Assembly (NCBI GenBank): GCA_977018835.1
Contig: OZ361256.1
Coordinates: 186,001 to 250,000 of the forward strand
Direction: 5' to 3'
DNA length: 64,000 nt
Source: Minutocellus sp. GHC0000111
Taxonomy: Eukaryota
Shown: positions 1 through 11,371 of the stretch, piece by piece
Layout: every line of letters begins with the position of its first letter
How positions within the stretch are numbered: the stretch's first letter is position 1
Translations under genes and position numbers: made by a program
The notes under the pieces: generated by a model
Database searches by the model: none
The model's input: only the letters and a program-made list of their open reading frames with translations
Told to the model about the DNA's origin: nothing

Positions 1-1054
1 AATGTGAGTATATATTAATGATTGGAAAGGCTCGCAATAATTTGTTTAGGATGATTTCGGTTCCAAACGAGGAGAATGGTACCATGGAGGCGGCCGCGAA
101 AGGAATTCGCCTCAAGTATTTTTCTATGAAGGACACGAGATTCCAATCAGTTCTCACCCACGGAAATGCCTGCAATGGCAATCCCTTCGCTCTTTGATGT
201 ACTTATTGGTAGAAACGAACAAGTTTCACTAGCCTTTGGTTCAATTTGGTGACCTTCGACGCCTAAACTGGGCGTAACGGTCATCGCCAAGCACGAAAAA
301 TCACGTCGAAACCAAAGAAATGCCACAAAAGAAGCGCCTTCATGATACCAAAACCGCCAGAGAAGCTCACCAAATGAACCAGTTGGCTCATAGCAACAAA
401 ATCTAAGAGAATTTTCGTGATCCCATACCAGCTTCGCTCCCATTGTTAGGTAGCTCGGCCTTGAGAACAATTGTAGAGGATCTTTTTCGTATGATGTTTC
501 GATGGATTTCTCACATAAATTGTTTGTTGTGCAACTGATCACGTGAGCACAGCTGCATCACCGCTCGGCGATAGCACCATAATAATCTCCCATGCGGACA
601 TTAGTGGGCTAGTCCTCGTCGACTCGACACCATCGCTACTTTTCTGCGTTGATTGTATCATCTGACAGATGGAGACTCCGTCTTCAAAATGGCGAATTTC
701 CATTGTCTGATTCAAGTTGCAAAGTAAGGGTCATAATGACAATTCGGCCGCTAATGTGCGCACAGTGCAAGAAGGATCACGTCTTAGATTGAAACAATGA
801 TTGCTCATCGTCTTGTGGACTGCGGCAAGGTCGGCGGGCGCCCATGGCGTCTCCTTGATGTGGTGGCGTTTTGGCGAGGGCCGAGGTTTCCAGAAAGTAC
901 AAGCGCCAGAACCTGAGAGTCGTTGTATGTGCCAATTTCTCAGGAACTTTCCCATCGCCAGACAAAGGACAAAGCAGGGACCGACTTCACTTATTCTCCT
1001 TTACCTTTGGTGCTTTGGAGCATTTGCATTTCTCCTCACATCGCAAGAGAAACA

Positions 1055-2032
1055 ATGGTATTTCGAACAGCTACGGCTTCGCTGGCCCTTGTCGGAACGT
1101 TGCTGCTCTCGGAGCACAGCGATGCCGCTACCACTACATCCAGAAAAGGACGACGACGCGGTGTCGCCGCCAAAAACGACAATCGCCAACTTCGCACGAG
1201 AAAGTTGTCCAAGGGAGCGAAGAAGCAATATGAGCCACAAAGTGATGGCATGATTGCTCGTAATGACAACGGCGGTGGTGCGTTCCAAACTCCTGTGTTG
1301 GCAGGTTGCTTTCGTGACTTCAAGGTTTGCGAATCGACCGGTACTCTCGTCAGCAGAAATCCAGCTCTTGGATGTGATTTCGATCCCTGCCCTCCCGGCG
1401 AAGGCGACAACGAGAACGACGAGAACAACGAGAGCAACGCAAATCAAAGCACCTCGATGGAAAACTCCGATACTGGTGGTAGTGCGCCTCAGGACCTGCA
1501 ACCAGGAAATGACGGTACATCTTCACAGCAGCCTCAACAATATCATCCAATCCAAATCATAGAGGAGAACATGCCAGTAACTCCTGGTGAATCCAACAAC
1601 GAATATGCCGAGGGTGACTTCCTCCTGCCTGATGGTGCCTGGGTGGGCTGTAATTGGGTTGCCAAGAAGAAAACTGCGGAGAGATGCAAAGATACGACGG
1701 CCAACAATGAGTTGGTCAGTGATCTGTGTCCAGACGTATGCAACGCTGCTACCATTGAAGCCATTTTGGAGGAGAATACCCCAGCAGCAGTGACGACAGC
1801 ACCAAACAATCTTGCCAATTCGATGGAAACAATTAGCACAACAGGAAACTTCACCTTGACCAGCGGCATGACCGTGGATTGCGATTGGGTGGAGAAGAGG
1901 GTTGAAAGCCGTTGCTTCAAGAAGACTGAAGATATGAGGCAGGTGCGATATCTCTGTCCCGTGTGCACCCATGTCGTTGAAATTGTCAACCCTATCAGCT
2001 CCGTTGACAACACAACTTCTGATGGCTTGTAA
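1055..2032 (+). CDS. Secreted cysteine-rich protein: signal peptide, one CxxDxxxC..G..VSR....C.F.PCP module and two C.WV...C...CP modules
   Basis: Likely start at ATG 1055 (MVFRTATASLALVGTLLLSEHSDA, hydrophobic signal). Low-complexity linkers separate the Cys modules. Confidence 0.75.
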   Translation: MVFRTATASLALVGTLLLSEHSDAATTTSRKGRRRGVAAKNDNRQLRTRKLSKGAKKQYEPQSDGMIARNDNGGGAFQTPVLAGCFRDFKVCESTGTLVSRNPALGCDFDPCPPGEGDNENDENNESNANQSTSMENSDTGGSAPQDLQPGNDGTSSQQPQQYHPIQIIEENMPVTPGESNNEYAEGDFLLPDGAWVGCNWVAKKKTAERCKDTTANNELVSDLCPDVCNAATIEAILEENTPAAVTTAPNNLANSMETISTTGNFTLTSGMTVDCDWVEKRVESRCFKKTEDMRQVRYLCPVCTHVVEIVNPISSVDNTTSDGL

Positions 2033-2126
2033 GTAAAGGACAACACGCACTTCGACACTTCTCTCTGAAATAGAGTATTAGATTTGCCATTTAGAGCAAT
2101 TTTATGAATTCCAAATCCACACAACT

Positions 2127-3206
2127 TTATCTATCCTCGGCAATCTGCGTGCCATAGCGCAACCACACATCCTTGGCACCAAAGTCCTTCCGATTTACCC
2201 AGGGATGTACCCCTCCCTTGTAGTGAATAAGACAAACCGGCTCTGCACTCTCCCCCCTCTGGTATCGTTCATAGTCCGATGCTCCCGAATTCCATGCTTT
2301 GGGCAAATCCTCAAAGTTGTCACCAATGATACAATTAAAAGGTGGCTGACTCCCACCTCTGTACAAAGATTCCTCTCGATTTCTCAAGGCTAATTCTCGT
2401 ATCCGCTCGGATATGTTTTGATTCCGCCAACGCTGTAGGTGCATAAGGTACACGCCTGCATTGAAGCTCTTGGTTATCTGGCAAAATTCCTTCCGCAATT
2501 TCGCTTCGCTGTGCTTGTGTAAGCCACGGATTGGATTCTTATGACTTCTGGTTGCATATCGAGGAACTGCCGCTATGGTATAATTGTTTGCACTTTCGTC
2601 GGATAATGACTGCCGCACCAACGCATGAACATCACAAAGCACAATGACGTCGTTGTCCAAATATAAAATTTTGGTGGCGTGGATGCCATGCCGTTCGAAC
2701 AATTCCGCCACGGCAAAGCGCGCATAGTAGGCGTACATGCCGTTGATCTGATCGTCTCGTCCTGCGTAGCCCGCGTTCATGTAGTCCAGTAAGTTGTACT
2801 CTGCCGCCACCTGCGTCAGATGGAAGAAATGAATTGATGCATTTTGGAGGGCGGTTGATGACGAAGGTCGCAACGGCTCCTTGCCGATGAAATAGAATTC
2901 CACTGGTCCAGAGGTGTGCCTTTGTATGGAATGGATTGCAGCTTCAACACCAGCAACGCTTTTCATGGTCGAAGAAAAGACAACTTGAACAGGCTCTACT
3001 CCTTCTCTATAGTCTGCATTGTAATCTGCTTGGCGACTTTTGTCAACTGTCCAATTGCCACCAGTCGTCGAGTTGCTCTTCAACCTCGAACCTCGAGAGA
3101 GCAGCAACGGTATTCTTGCTCGCCACGATTCACGAAGTATGTGCTCGGAGAAAAGCGACACCAAAGCGACGGCCAGTAGAAGGACCGAGTAGAAGAGCGG
3201 GTTCAT
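2127..3206 (-). CDS. Glycosyltransferase family 8 (GAUT/GATL-like), type II membrane
   Basis: N-terminal TM; YARF, YLDNDVIV (DxD), FNAGV, GSQPPFN and IHYKGxxHPW motifs. Confidence 0.9.
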   Translation of the reverse strand: MNPLFYSVLLLAVALVSLFSEHILRESWRARIPLLLSRGSRLKSNSTTGGNWTVDKSRQADYNADYREGVEPVQVVFSSTMKSVAGVEAAIHSIQRHTSGPVEFYFIGKEPLRPSSSTALQNASIHFFHLTQVAAEYNLLDYMNAGYAGRDDQINGMYAYYARFAVAELFERHGIHATKILYLDNDVIVLCDVHALVRQSLSDESANNYTIAAVPRYATRSHKNPIRGLHKHSEAKLRKEFCQITKSFNAGVYLMHLQRWRNQNISERIRELALRNREESLYRGGSQPPFNCIIGDNFEDLPKAWNSGASDYERYQRGESAEPVCLIHYKGGVHPWVNRKDFGAKDVWLRYGTQIAEDR

Positions 3207-3449
3207 AATGTCATTCCATTTTTGCTTCGTGCCTTCATTGTGGTATTAGCAGTCTTTGATGGGTTGTGACTTGGCCAGGTCAAGCAAGGTTTTGTTCTGA
3301 CTGGCGATTGTTGGGCGCTACTTTCAGCTGACTTGTGCTGCTTCGCCGCCTCGCCGAAAGTCAGGGGCGACGAGCGAACGAACGAGAGCAGGAACCCCCG
3401 CTCCGAGCGTCAGCCAAGCAAGAGCGTTAGACCCGGCAGCAAAGCCAAC

Positions 3450-5483
3450 ATGACGACCACGGCGATCGCCGCTGTGCACCTTCTTCTCTTAGGTATATTC
3501 GGCGTATCTCGATATGCCTCTACACTCTACACTGTTACCTCGGCGTTCCAACTCATGACGGATCGAGAGGCCGAATCGATCCTCGCCGAAAGTCCCGAAC
3601 ATAATAAAAATGCAGCAATAGGTGTACGGCAGCAACCGGGGAAGGCTGAAAGTCACGGCGTCGTTGGCGAAGATGGGCCTGTGTTCTGTCCCAATTGCCG
3701 ATACAAGTGCTCGTCGCAGACATGCAAGAAGCGATTGAAATATCTGCAAAAGAAGAATGTCGACAAATCGGAAGCACTGAGGCAAATCTTTCGAGAACAT
3801 CCCACGCATTGTCGCCAACGGAACATCGAGTTAGCATCGGCCGACCTATGCTTTGTGACTGCCGAATTTTCTGAAAGGTCAGATGATATGGATCAGTTGC
3901 CAACGTTGGAGGAGGACATGATTACCGACCCACCGAGGCACTATGCCTTCACCAACCAAGCCACCTACCGCGTTCCCGAGGGTTGGACGAAGATTGTTCT
4001 CGATGAGTCAATATCGCAGCAATATACGAGGCAGATTACCAAAAGCCGATGGCCCAAGTTCATGGGCTGGCAACATCCAACCCTGAGGCATTGTCAGGTG
4101 ATATTTTATGGCGATGCCTATCTACTCAATCCAATTAATGAGACCAATTGGATGGAAATGGCCAAGGAAATCAAACAAAATCCGGTGGGCCTTATGCAGG
4201 ACAAGCAAGAAGGGTTGAGGGGGGACAACAGGCCCATCCAGGAGTTGGTCAAGGTTGCCAAGGAGGGAAAATTATCATATGAGCTGGCCAATAAGACAAT
4301 TCAATGGTTGGAGAATCAATCTGATTACCGAAGCGATGCATCGGTGTACAAGAATGCGATCTTTGGGTATGATCCTAGCAATTCCAAAGTTCGGAAATTA
4401 ATGACGGATTTCTGGGAAATCTACGCCGGTGAGGAGTTAAGTTGGAGAGATCAGCCGATATGGGCCTACTTGTTGGCAAGAGAAGAAATGAGACCATTGG
4501 AGTTGCATCGCAAAAATGGAAAGCTCTTTGGTGAATTTGGAGAACGAGGTCATGGCGGACACGTCTATGTGCCCGAGCAAAAGGCAGAGGCCGAAGCCGA
4601 AAAGCGGCGAATAGAAGAAGAGAGGCTAGAGAGGCAACGCGAGGACGAGTTGGTGGTTGTTCCGCCGCACGATCCTTCCGTCATCAAATACGAAGCTTGT
4701 TTTGTTACGTCGGTGTTTGCCAGTAGCACGGACCAGGCCGATCGAGTGGGTGATGTTAGTCATCTTCGTGAGGCCAATCCAAATTTTCAGTACTTTGGAT
4801 TCACTAACTTACATGACCTAGAGATGCCGGGATGGGAGAAGATTGTGCAAGATAATTTGCCATACCAGCGATTTATCACCCAGTCCCGATTTGCCAAGTT
4901 TGTGTCCTGGAAGGTGGACGAGGTTCGAGAAAATTGTGGGGTGGTCTTCTACTCTGACGGTCATCTAATACCCAAATCATCGGCTAATGCGACACATCTA
5001 TTTCGAGTAGAGGCGATGAGAATACGGGAGTCAAAGTACGGCTTGGCACAATGGAAACACCAAACTCTGACTACTTACAAAAAGCTCACATCCAGCATTG
5101 TGATGTATCGCAAAGATACGAAAGAGAATGTTCAAAGGACAATGCGACAATTGGCTTCATTTGACGATTTCGAAGAAAGCTCGACAATAATATACTGGAA
5201 TCAATGCCTGGGATACGACCCCAACAATCCCTACTATGTTGGCCTTTCGCAGAGATTTTGGGACATGTATGCAAAAGAATATGGTACTTATCGAGATCAG
5301 CTTCTGTGGAGCTATGTCATTGCATCCGAGAACATCAAACCAAGAAAGCTCAAAGCTCGGCGGTGGTTGTATGACAATGATGATAGGGCCATGGGCTTTG
5401 GAGGACATATTTTTGTCGAACGCAAGAGCAAGGGGGGCAAGAAGAAAAAGGAGAAAGACGACGCCTCTATTGCAAAGCAATAA
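3450..5483 (+). CDS. Type II membrane protein with two tandem putative glycosyltransferase (DUF616/TOD1-MUCI70-like) domains
   Basis: Internal duplication: CFVT..FTN..GW.KIV..ITxSR.xKF..FYxDx..GYDP.N..FWxxY..RDQ..GGH occurs twice. N-terminal signal anchor from ATG 3450. Confidence 0.65.
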   Translation: MTTTAIAAVHLLLLGIFGVSRYASTLYTVTSAFQLMTDREAESILAESPEHNKNAAIGVRQQPGKAESHGVVGEDGPVFCPNCRYKCSSQTCKKRLKYLQKKNVDKSEALRQIFREHPTHCRQRNIELASADLCFVTAEFSERSDDMDQLPTLEEDMITDPPRHYAFTNQATYRVPEGWTKIVLDESISQQYTRQITKSRWPKFMGWQHPTLRHCQVIFYGDAYLLNPINETNWMEMAKEIKQNPVGLMQDKQEGLRGDNRPIQELVKVAKEGKLSYELANKTIQWLENQSDYRSDASVYKNAIFGYDPSNSKVRKLMTDFWEIYAGEELSWRDQPIWAYLLAREEMRPLELHRKNGKLFGEFGERGHGGHVYVPEQKAEAEAEKRRIEEERLERQREDELVVVPPHDPSVIKYEACFVTSVFASSTDQADRVGDVSHLREANPNFQYFGFTNLHDLEMPGWEKIVQDNLPYQRFITQSRFAKFVSWKVDEVRENCGVVFYSDGHLIPKSSANATHLFRVEAMRIRESKYGLAQWKHQTLTTYKKLTSSIVMYRKDTKENVQRTMRQLASFDDFEESSTIIYWNQCLGYDPNNPYYVGLSQRFWDMYAKEYGTYRDQLLWSYVIASENIKPRKLKARRWLYDNDDRAMGFGGHIFVERKSKGGKKKKEKDDASIAKQ

Positions 5484-5495
5484 GTAAATGACCCA

Positions 5496-7976
5496 TTAAT
5501 GTAAATATTCACTTCTCTCTTCTATGGCCATCTCTGCTAATGTCACATAGCCGGCCGCCTTCTTCAAAGCAGATGATTCCATATCAGCGCATCCGATGTC
5601 TACGACATGGTTCCAGCAGCTGACCAGACGGTCCAGAGATTGGATTGCCACATGCCTCGTCAATTCATCAGCATGGCCTTGGATAATTTTGGGAAAACTT
5701 TCTATTCCTTCAAGCAAAATAAAAATAAACAACGCAAGCATGTCGAGTAGATGCGTCTGCTGCCTGGACATTTCAGTCAGTCCAAATGGCATCGATTTCA
5801 TGTGAAACGACACAATGCCATCTAACACTAGAGCGCACAGATCCAAAGATGCGAGGAGAGAGGTAATCTTTTCATAATTCATGTCACCTTTCGAGTCCAT
5901 CGCCTGCTCAGTAGAGCCGGCCAAGCGCCGCAATGTATCGGCAATGAAATCCGACAGCATGCTGTCTGAAAAGAGGGGATCTTCAATCGCTTTAGTCCTC
6001 GAGCCCATCAAGTGTGAATCGTCGGCGACAAATGGCGACAAAAGTGCAGCTAAGCCAGGTAGAAGCGGCGCCACAAGGTCATCTTCCTGATGAAGACGAT
6101 GCCCAAATATTTTCGTTTCATCCCTGCGCATGTCTTTGCAGCTGGTCAACTGTAGGCTGGCATTCATAGCTGATAGGATGGTTCCTGGGGCGGGCGCATT
6201 CTCTGCCAAACCGGAGCTCCCATCTTCAAAGATATCAGTCTCACTGACATAGGCAACCAGAAAAGTTGAACACAGATGACCTATCATCCGCAAAGCATAC
6301 ACCGTACCCTCTACAGGGCCAGGGCAAAAGTCCCAAATGCAGCTAAAATTGCCATTGAAGGTTTTCCTTTCGTGCGGCTTCTCATTCAGGTACTGGATAG
6401 ACGAATCCAAAGCATCAAGGATCGAGTGGCGGACATGCAGGATGGCAAAGGGCCCAAAGTCTGTCGGAAGGGGTGCATCCTCGTCTTCCAGAGCTTCGGA
6501 GAGGTCCACCATGAGACTCAAAGCTGCCCGACAAATCGATAGACAGTGCTTCACAATGTCCATGTAGACCATGCTCATCTGAGGGTCTCCTTTTGTTTCA
6601 TTGTTATCGTCGTCAGCGCCCAAAATCCACCCCAAGGCTATGCGCAACTCACCAGCAGCGAGACGAATGAGAGTACAACAGCCAGCGGCGGCTCCCAGGT
6701 CGCTATTCGTTGGTGTCTCACCTGCCATTGTGACATTTGCCATCCAACGCAGTCCAAACGTATCGGAAAGGGCTGCTATCGCTGCATAAATTTGACGACG
6801 TATCGCCAGCTGGTTGTCAGGCCGAGCGAGAGATGAAAGTAGCAGCTTTAGGATGGCAGGGGCAATCTTCTTGTTGATTCCGCCGGTGCTACCGTCGGCA
6901 TTATCGACTAGACCAAAGGCGTTTAAAGCAAGGGCTCGAAGTGCCACAGGTAAGAAGACAGTGCAATTGCCCGAAGAAGGTGCAGCCGCCTCGATAAGGC
7001 CAAGCAAAAGTTCCTCCGAAACGCCTTGCTTGCACTCGTCTCGATCAATCAATGAGTTGATATAGTGGGCTAGAAATCGGACGAACTGACCCACTTGTTC
7101 GTCCTCATTATCACCATCCGCAGCAGGTATTTCACCAAGAGCCGACTGGATGACTTGGACCATCATCTCATCCGGGTTCGTATCTTCTGGCTGCGATGTC
7201 CTATTTTGGTCGGTGTTGTCGTCTACCTCCATCTTAGCACCATGCTGTCCACTTGGTAGCTCATTGCTCTTGCTTGCTGATCGATATTGGCTCATACAGA
7301 CTTCCGCAACGCAAATTCTATTGTTGGCGTTCAAACCAACTACCCGCTTTTGATCCATGAGAGTCAGTATAGCGGCAATTTCGACGTCGACCTCCTGTAT
7401 CGCATGGTTTCCATTGGATCGACCCTTCAATACCTCCAGGAGCAGCTCCTTGCAAGTAGAATGGAAAGTATTCGCAGGTCCTCCTCCAGCTTTGGTCGAT
7501 ACCGTAGCCGATGCTTGTGTTTCTTCTGGCATTTCGGCATAGAGGAGGGACAGCGATCGTACCGCCAGACGGAGCAGGGCCAGGCTGACGCCTGGGCCAG
7601 GAGCAGCAGCTTTCACCTCATCATCAGGAGCATCTGCGTCAGCCCCTCCCTGAACATACTGGCGGATCAAGGCCAGTGCGAACCAACCCAGTGCTGGACC
7701 ATCGCTGGTGGTATTGGCGTCACATTGTGATAGCAGTAATCGACGTCGATCCTCGGCCGATTCCAGCTTGGTGCAGAGGAGCAGGGCCGACAATAGTCGC
7801 TCTTCGACGGTTGTATTGTCGCCACCAGCATCATGACCAGCAGCCACGTCAGTATCTCTGCCTGGGGTGTCCTTGGCTGGTATGGTTGAGCAAGCAAGCA
7901 GATGCTCGATGGCTCGGAGCAGGCAGGCATCGCCTTCACCTTTGTCTTGAGATGCCGTTGGTATTTCGACTTCCAT
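5496..7976 (-). CDS. Neurochondrin-like ARM/helical repeat protein
   Basis: 826-aa ORF; EERLLSALLLCTKL and FGLRW...LIRLAAGELRIAL resemble neurochondrin family segments. Confidence 0.6.
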   Translation of the reverse strand: MEVEIPTASQDKGEGDACLLRAIEHLLACSTIPAKDTPGRDTDVAAGHDAGGDNTTVEERLLSALLLCTKLESAEDRRRLLLSQCDANTTSDGPALGWFALALIRQYVQGGADADAPDDEVKAAAPGPGVSLALLRLAVRSLSLLYAEMPEETQASATVSTKAGGGPANTFHSTCKELLLEVLKGRSNGNHAIQEVDVEIAAILTLMDQKRVVGLNANNRICVAEVCMSQYRSASKSNELPSGQHGAKMEVDDNTDQNRTSQPEDTNPDEMMVQVIQSALGEIPAADGDNEDEQVGQFVRFLAHYINSLIDRDECKQGVSEELLLGLIEAAAPSSGNCTVFLPVALRALALNAFGLVDNADGSTGGINKKIAPAILKLLLSSLARPDNQLAIRRQIYAAIAALSDTFGLRWMANVTMAGETPTNSDLGAAAGCCTLIRLAAGELRIALGWILGADDDNNETKGDPQMSMVYMDIVKHCLSICRAALSLMVDLSEALEDEDAPLPTDFGPFAILHVRHSILDALDSSIQYLNEKPHERKTFNGNFSCIWDFCPGPVEGTVYALRMIGHLCSTFLVAYVSETDIFEDGSSGLAENAPAPGTILSAMNASLQLTSCKDMRRDETKIFGHRLHQEDDLVAPLLPGLAALLSPFVADDSHLMGSRTKAIEDPLFSDSMLSDFIADTLRRLAGSTEQAMDSKGDMNYEKITSLLASLDLCALVLDGIVSFHMKSMPFGLTEMSRQQTHLLDMLALFIFILLEGIESFPKIIQGHADELTRHVAIQSLDRLVSCWNHVVDIGCADMESSALKKAAGYVTLAEMAIEERSEYLH

Positions 7977-8179
7977 CTCTTATTATTCTTACTCGGGCAC
8001 GCGTCCTCGTAATGGACTGCCTTGGCGCGTGATCAGCCGGTTTGACTGGTGAAGCTCACTCTCGAAGCTTGCAAGGAAACTTGGGCCAATTCCTACTACA
8101 GTACTGCGTGGACTCGTACTGCCCCCAATAATGTGCGTGGTGAATGGGATGCCTCTTGCGGTTGAAGGTTGGCGTTTTG

Positions 8180-8201
8180 GGCTCGTATCTGGCTCGTATC
8201 T
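8180..8201. repeat. 11-bp tandem duplication (GGCTCGTATCT x2) in the divergent promoter; single copy in copy C
   Basis: Direct comparison with about 52230. Confidence 0.85.
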
Positions 8202-8406
8202 TGAAAACCAACACAAGACATGCCGCGGCGGCCCTCGAAAATGAGACGAGGTAATTTACGACGGCCAGACCGAACCGAAATCGTCGAATTAATTGCATGT
8301 GAATTTGCTTCCAGCCCAAGCCTGAGAGAGGTACCGGCAATGCATTAATATCTCGCAGGCCGAGGAAAAGCAATCATCACAAGATAATTATTGTATTGAT
8401 TAGATT

Positions 8407-9603
8407 ATGAGCCAAGAAATTGCCGCTAGTGCTAGCGCTGGGGGGAGCGGCGCGAGTGGCACCGGCTCAAGCGCCGCCGCCGCTCCCATCGTCGTCGTCG
8501 ACCGGACGCTCCATCCCCTCCTGACGACCCAACAACAAACCGCCGCACCCTCCTCCATCACCTCTACCCCCTCCTCTTCTTCCCCAACCTCCGTCTCCCC
8601 CACAACCGAACGTCTGCACCGGCTCCACGGCGCCTCCCTCCTCCAATCGGCCTGCACCCTCCTCGGCCTCAGTCCGTCGTGCACCGCCACTTCCTGCACC
8701 ATCTTCCACCGGCTGTACCATCGCCTCTCGTTGCGGGAGATGGACGTGTGGAGTGCCGCAATGGGATGTGTGCTGTTGGCGTCCAAGGTGGAGGAATGTC
8801 CCCGCCGGTTGCGGGAGGTTGTCACCGTGTTTGTGCATCTGTACCGACGGCGAAGGTTGGAGGTTGGGTGGGATCATGGTGGTGATACAGGCGACGACAA
8901 CGGCAATACTAACGACGAAAGCAAGAGCAAACGGCGGAGGCTGACAGATGAAGAGAAGCTCAACCTGCTGCGATACCAGCATCCGTTGATGCCCCACTCC
9001 CGACTGTACAAAGAGTGGTCCGAGGCCCTCACCAAGGCCGAGACGGAGATATTGCGCCAACTGGGCTTCACGCTGTATTGGATTCCGGACCATCATCCTC
9101 ACAAGTTCATCCTGTATTTTGTACGAGTTTTGGGGCTGGACACTCATAGTGGCGGTGCCGAGAGTGGTGATGGCGCAGCCGAGAACAACGCCTACGGGGA
9201 TGCAAATGACATCAGCGTGGCACAACGGGCGTGGAATTACTGCAACGATGCCTCGTTGCTGGATCTATCCGTGAGGTACGAGCCGGAGATTGTGGCCTGT
9301 GCCGCCATATTGCTGGCTACAACCAACGCACCCGAGGGTGAGGCCCAGCACGCGCTGCCCATGGCACCCCGGCCGTGGTGGGAGGTGTTTGTCGGGCCTG
9401 GTAGAGGCGACGATTTGGTGGCAGTTTGCAACGCCATACTGGCCTTGAGTGAAATTGGTGATGGAGGAGATTCGTCCGTGGAGAGCAATTGGGGGCAAAT
9501 GCTGCAGGCCATGAGGGGATTTGTACCAAGTCTGGTGGAAGGAGGCTCGTTCAATGATCCCGGCAGCTTTGTTTGGGATGCCTTGGAGGATTCGGTAGCA
9601 TGA
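8407..9603 (+). CDS. Cyclin L-like transcription cyclin
   Basis: ATSCTIFHRLY, CVLLASKVEECPRRLREV, AETEILRQLGF, HPHKF and AQRAWNYCND motifs. Confidence 0.9.
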   Translation: MSQEIAASASAGGSGASGTGSSAAAAPIVVVDRTLHPLLTTQQQTAAPSSITSTPSSSSPTSVSPTTERLHRLHGASLLQSACTLLGLSPSCTATSCTIFHRLYHRLSLREMDVWSAAMGCVLLASKVEECPRRLREVVTVFVHLYRRRRLEVGWDHGGDTGDDNGNTNDESKSKRRRLTDEEKLNLLRYQHPLMPHSRLYKEWSEALTKAETEILRQLGFTLYWIPDHHPHKFILYFVRVLGLDTHSGGAESGDGAAENNAYGDANDISVAQRAWNYCNDASLLDLSVRYEPEIVACAAILLATTNAPEGEAQHALPMAPRPWWEVFVGPGRGDDLVAVCNAILALSEIGDGGDSSVESNWGQMLQAMRGFVPSLVEGGSFNDPGSFVWDALEDSVA

Positions 9604-9620
9604 TATGACAAATGGGACGT

Positions 9621-11371
9621 CTACCAGTACAGTTTGCGGGAAAACATACACTGGAAATTGAAGTTGGTTATACGATCGTATTCATTTATTTCTTTTTTAA
9701 ACATGGAGGCTCTCCTCTTTGGGCGACGGTTGTTGTTACTGTCACTGCGTCCCGGCTCTCGGAAGCTATTGCTTCTCCATCCGCCATCCGCCTTGCATAC
9801 CAGGGTGGCACCGACAATGGAATCGTCCTCCTCTTCTTCGTCATCACTGTAGGGTGGAATCTGTTGTTCGTCCATGAGATAGTCACCCTGGAGAGGGAAG
9901 GGAGCCCTGATTGTTGGGCCAGTTGGTTCTGAATGGCGATAGGGAGGATGATGGTGGGCGTGTGAATTCCTTGAATGATGCTGGATGTATTCCTCGCGCG
10001 GATTCTGTCGATTGGACAGGCGCTCATCAGCATACTTAGAATATGGGTCGCTGTCATGGCCACGGCGAGTAGGATCACCCCCAGTGGAGTTTCTTCTCTG
10101 CCTGGTATTCACTGGAGGCATCCGATGATGCTGGGGATCAGCACCGCCAATGGAATATCGCTCGGCCAGAGATCTTTCGGGAGGAGGAGGTGCTTGCAGC
10201 ATGCGGCGAGGAAGGTCTCGAACTCCAGCAGCAAGAAGGGAGAAACGACGACGTGCCGTAGTGGCGGCAATGTTGGATGCAGCGGCAGCGGCTGCTGGGT
10301 GAACGTCGTCATCGTTATTAAAAGTATTGCTTGCTGGAGTAGGAACGACGACGGGAAACGGTGTCAGGGGTCCTTCCTGAGCCTCGTGGAAGAATGTGCT
10401 CGAGGCAGCAGTCGATCTTGTAGTGCCAGAGTCAGTACGATTGGTAGTAGGCCTAGCATTTGCGTTTGTCGATTTAGATGTAGACGCGGCTTCTTCTTTG
10501 GCCTTGGCCTTCATAATGATCTCGCAGCATTCTCGTAGCTGATGATTCTCCAGTTCCAGTCGACGGTTTTTATCAGCCAGGGCGGCATTCTTGTCGGACA
10601 GATCCCGAATGGCACGGCCATGATGACGAGAGGCGTCCATCTCGAAGTGCTTCATTCGCTCGTTGCAGCTGTGCAAAAATTGGATTGTTCGGTCTTGCTT
10701 TGCTGCTTGAGACTTGAATCTGGAGATGGCGGAACGGGCATCTGTGAGTTCTCGCTGGAGGTTGGCGATATTGGCTGCCATGGCATCGGTGTTGGTAGAA
10801 CCGGTAGACTTTTTCTTCCCTTTGACGCTGGTATTGGGCCTTTCTTTTGACATTTTGCCATGGGACATTGTTTTGGGCGAAGAAGTATTGTTGTGACGAA
10901 CCGCGCCCTCTCCGGACCTACTTGTGCTACAAGTGCTGTTACTGCTGGTGCTGCTGGATGACCTTGTTGTATGGGTGTTGGCTTGGCCGGTGCTCTTCTT
11001 TTGGACACAGTCGAAGCCGCCGTTGGCATCTTGAACTTTCATAGCTGGCGAAGATTCAACGGTATTGACCTCGGATGATTCGGTATCGGCATCAGATTCT
11101 GAATCGGATTGAGAATCCGATTCGTCCTCGTCATCTACTAGACTAGTACAATGTCGGCAGGCGATTTGTAGTCATAAATGTAGGCAGAATCCTCGCCATC
11201 GTCATGGTCGTTGCGAGAGGATGAGCGAGTTGATACGGGTGGACTTGGTGGTGCTATAGTTTCCGATTGAACCACTGACTCAGCGGGATTCGGCCAGGAC
11301 GATGGCTTGGTCAGGCTGTTTCGTCGGCTCTGTTGATGACGAATTTTGCGACGGTGGACGACGGGCGCCAT
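9621..11371 (-). CDS. Low-complexity coiled-coil protein; frame broken by a 5-bp duplication at 11137-11146
   Basis: ORFs 11138-11371 and 9621-11042 join into one 581-aa frame if one ACTAG copy is removed. Confidence 0.55.

Noticed and set aside
1..900. ORF 147-542 (minus) and other short frames
   Set aside because: No recognisable motif or coherent gene model
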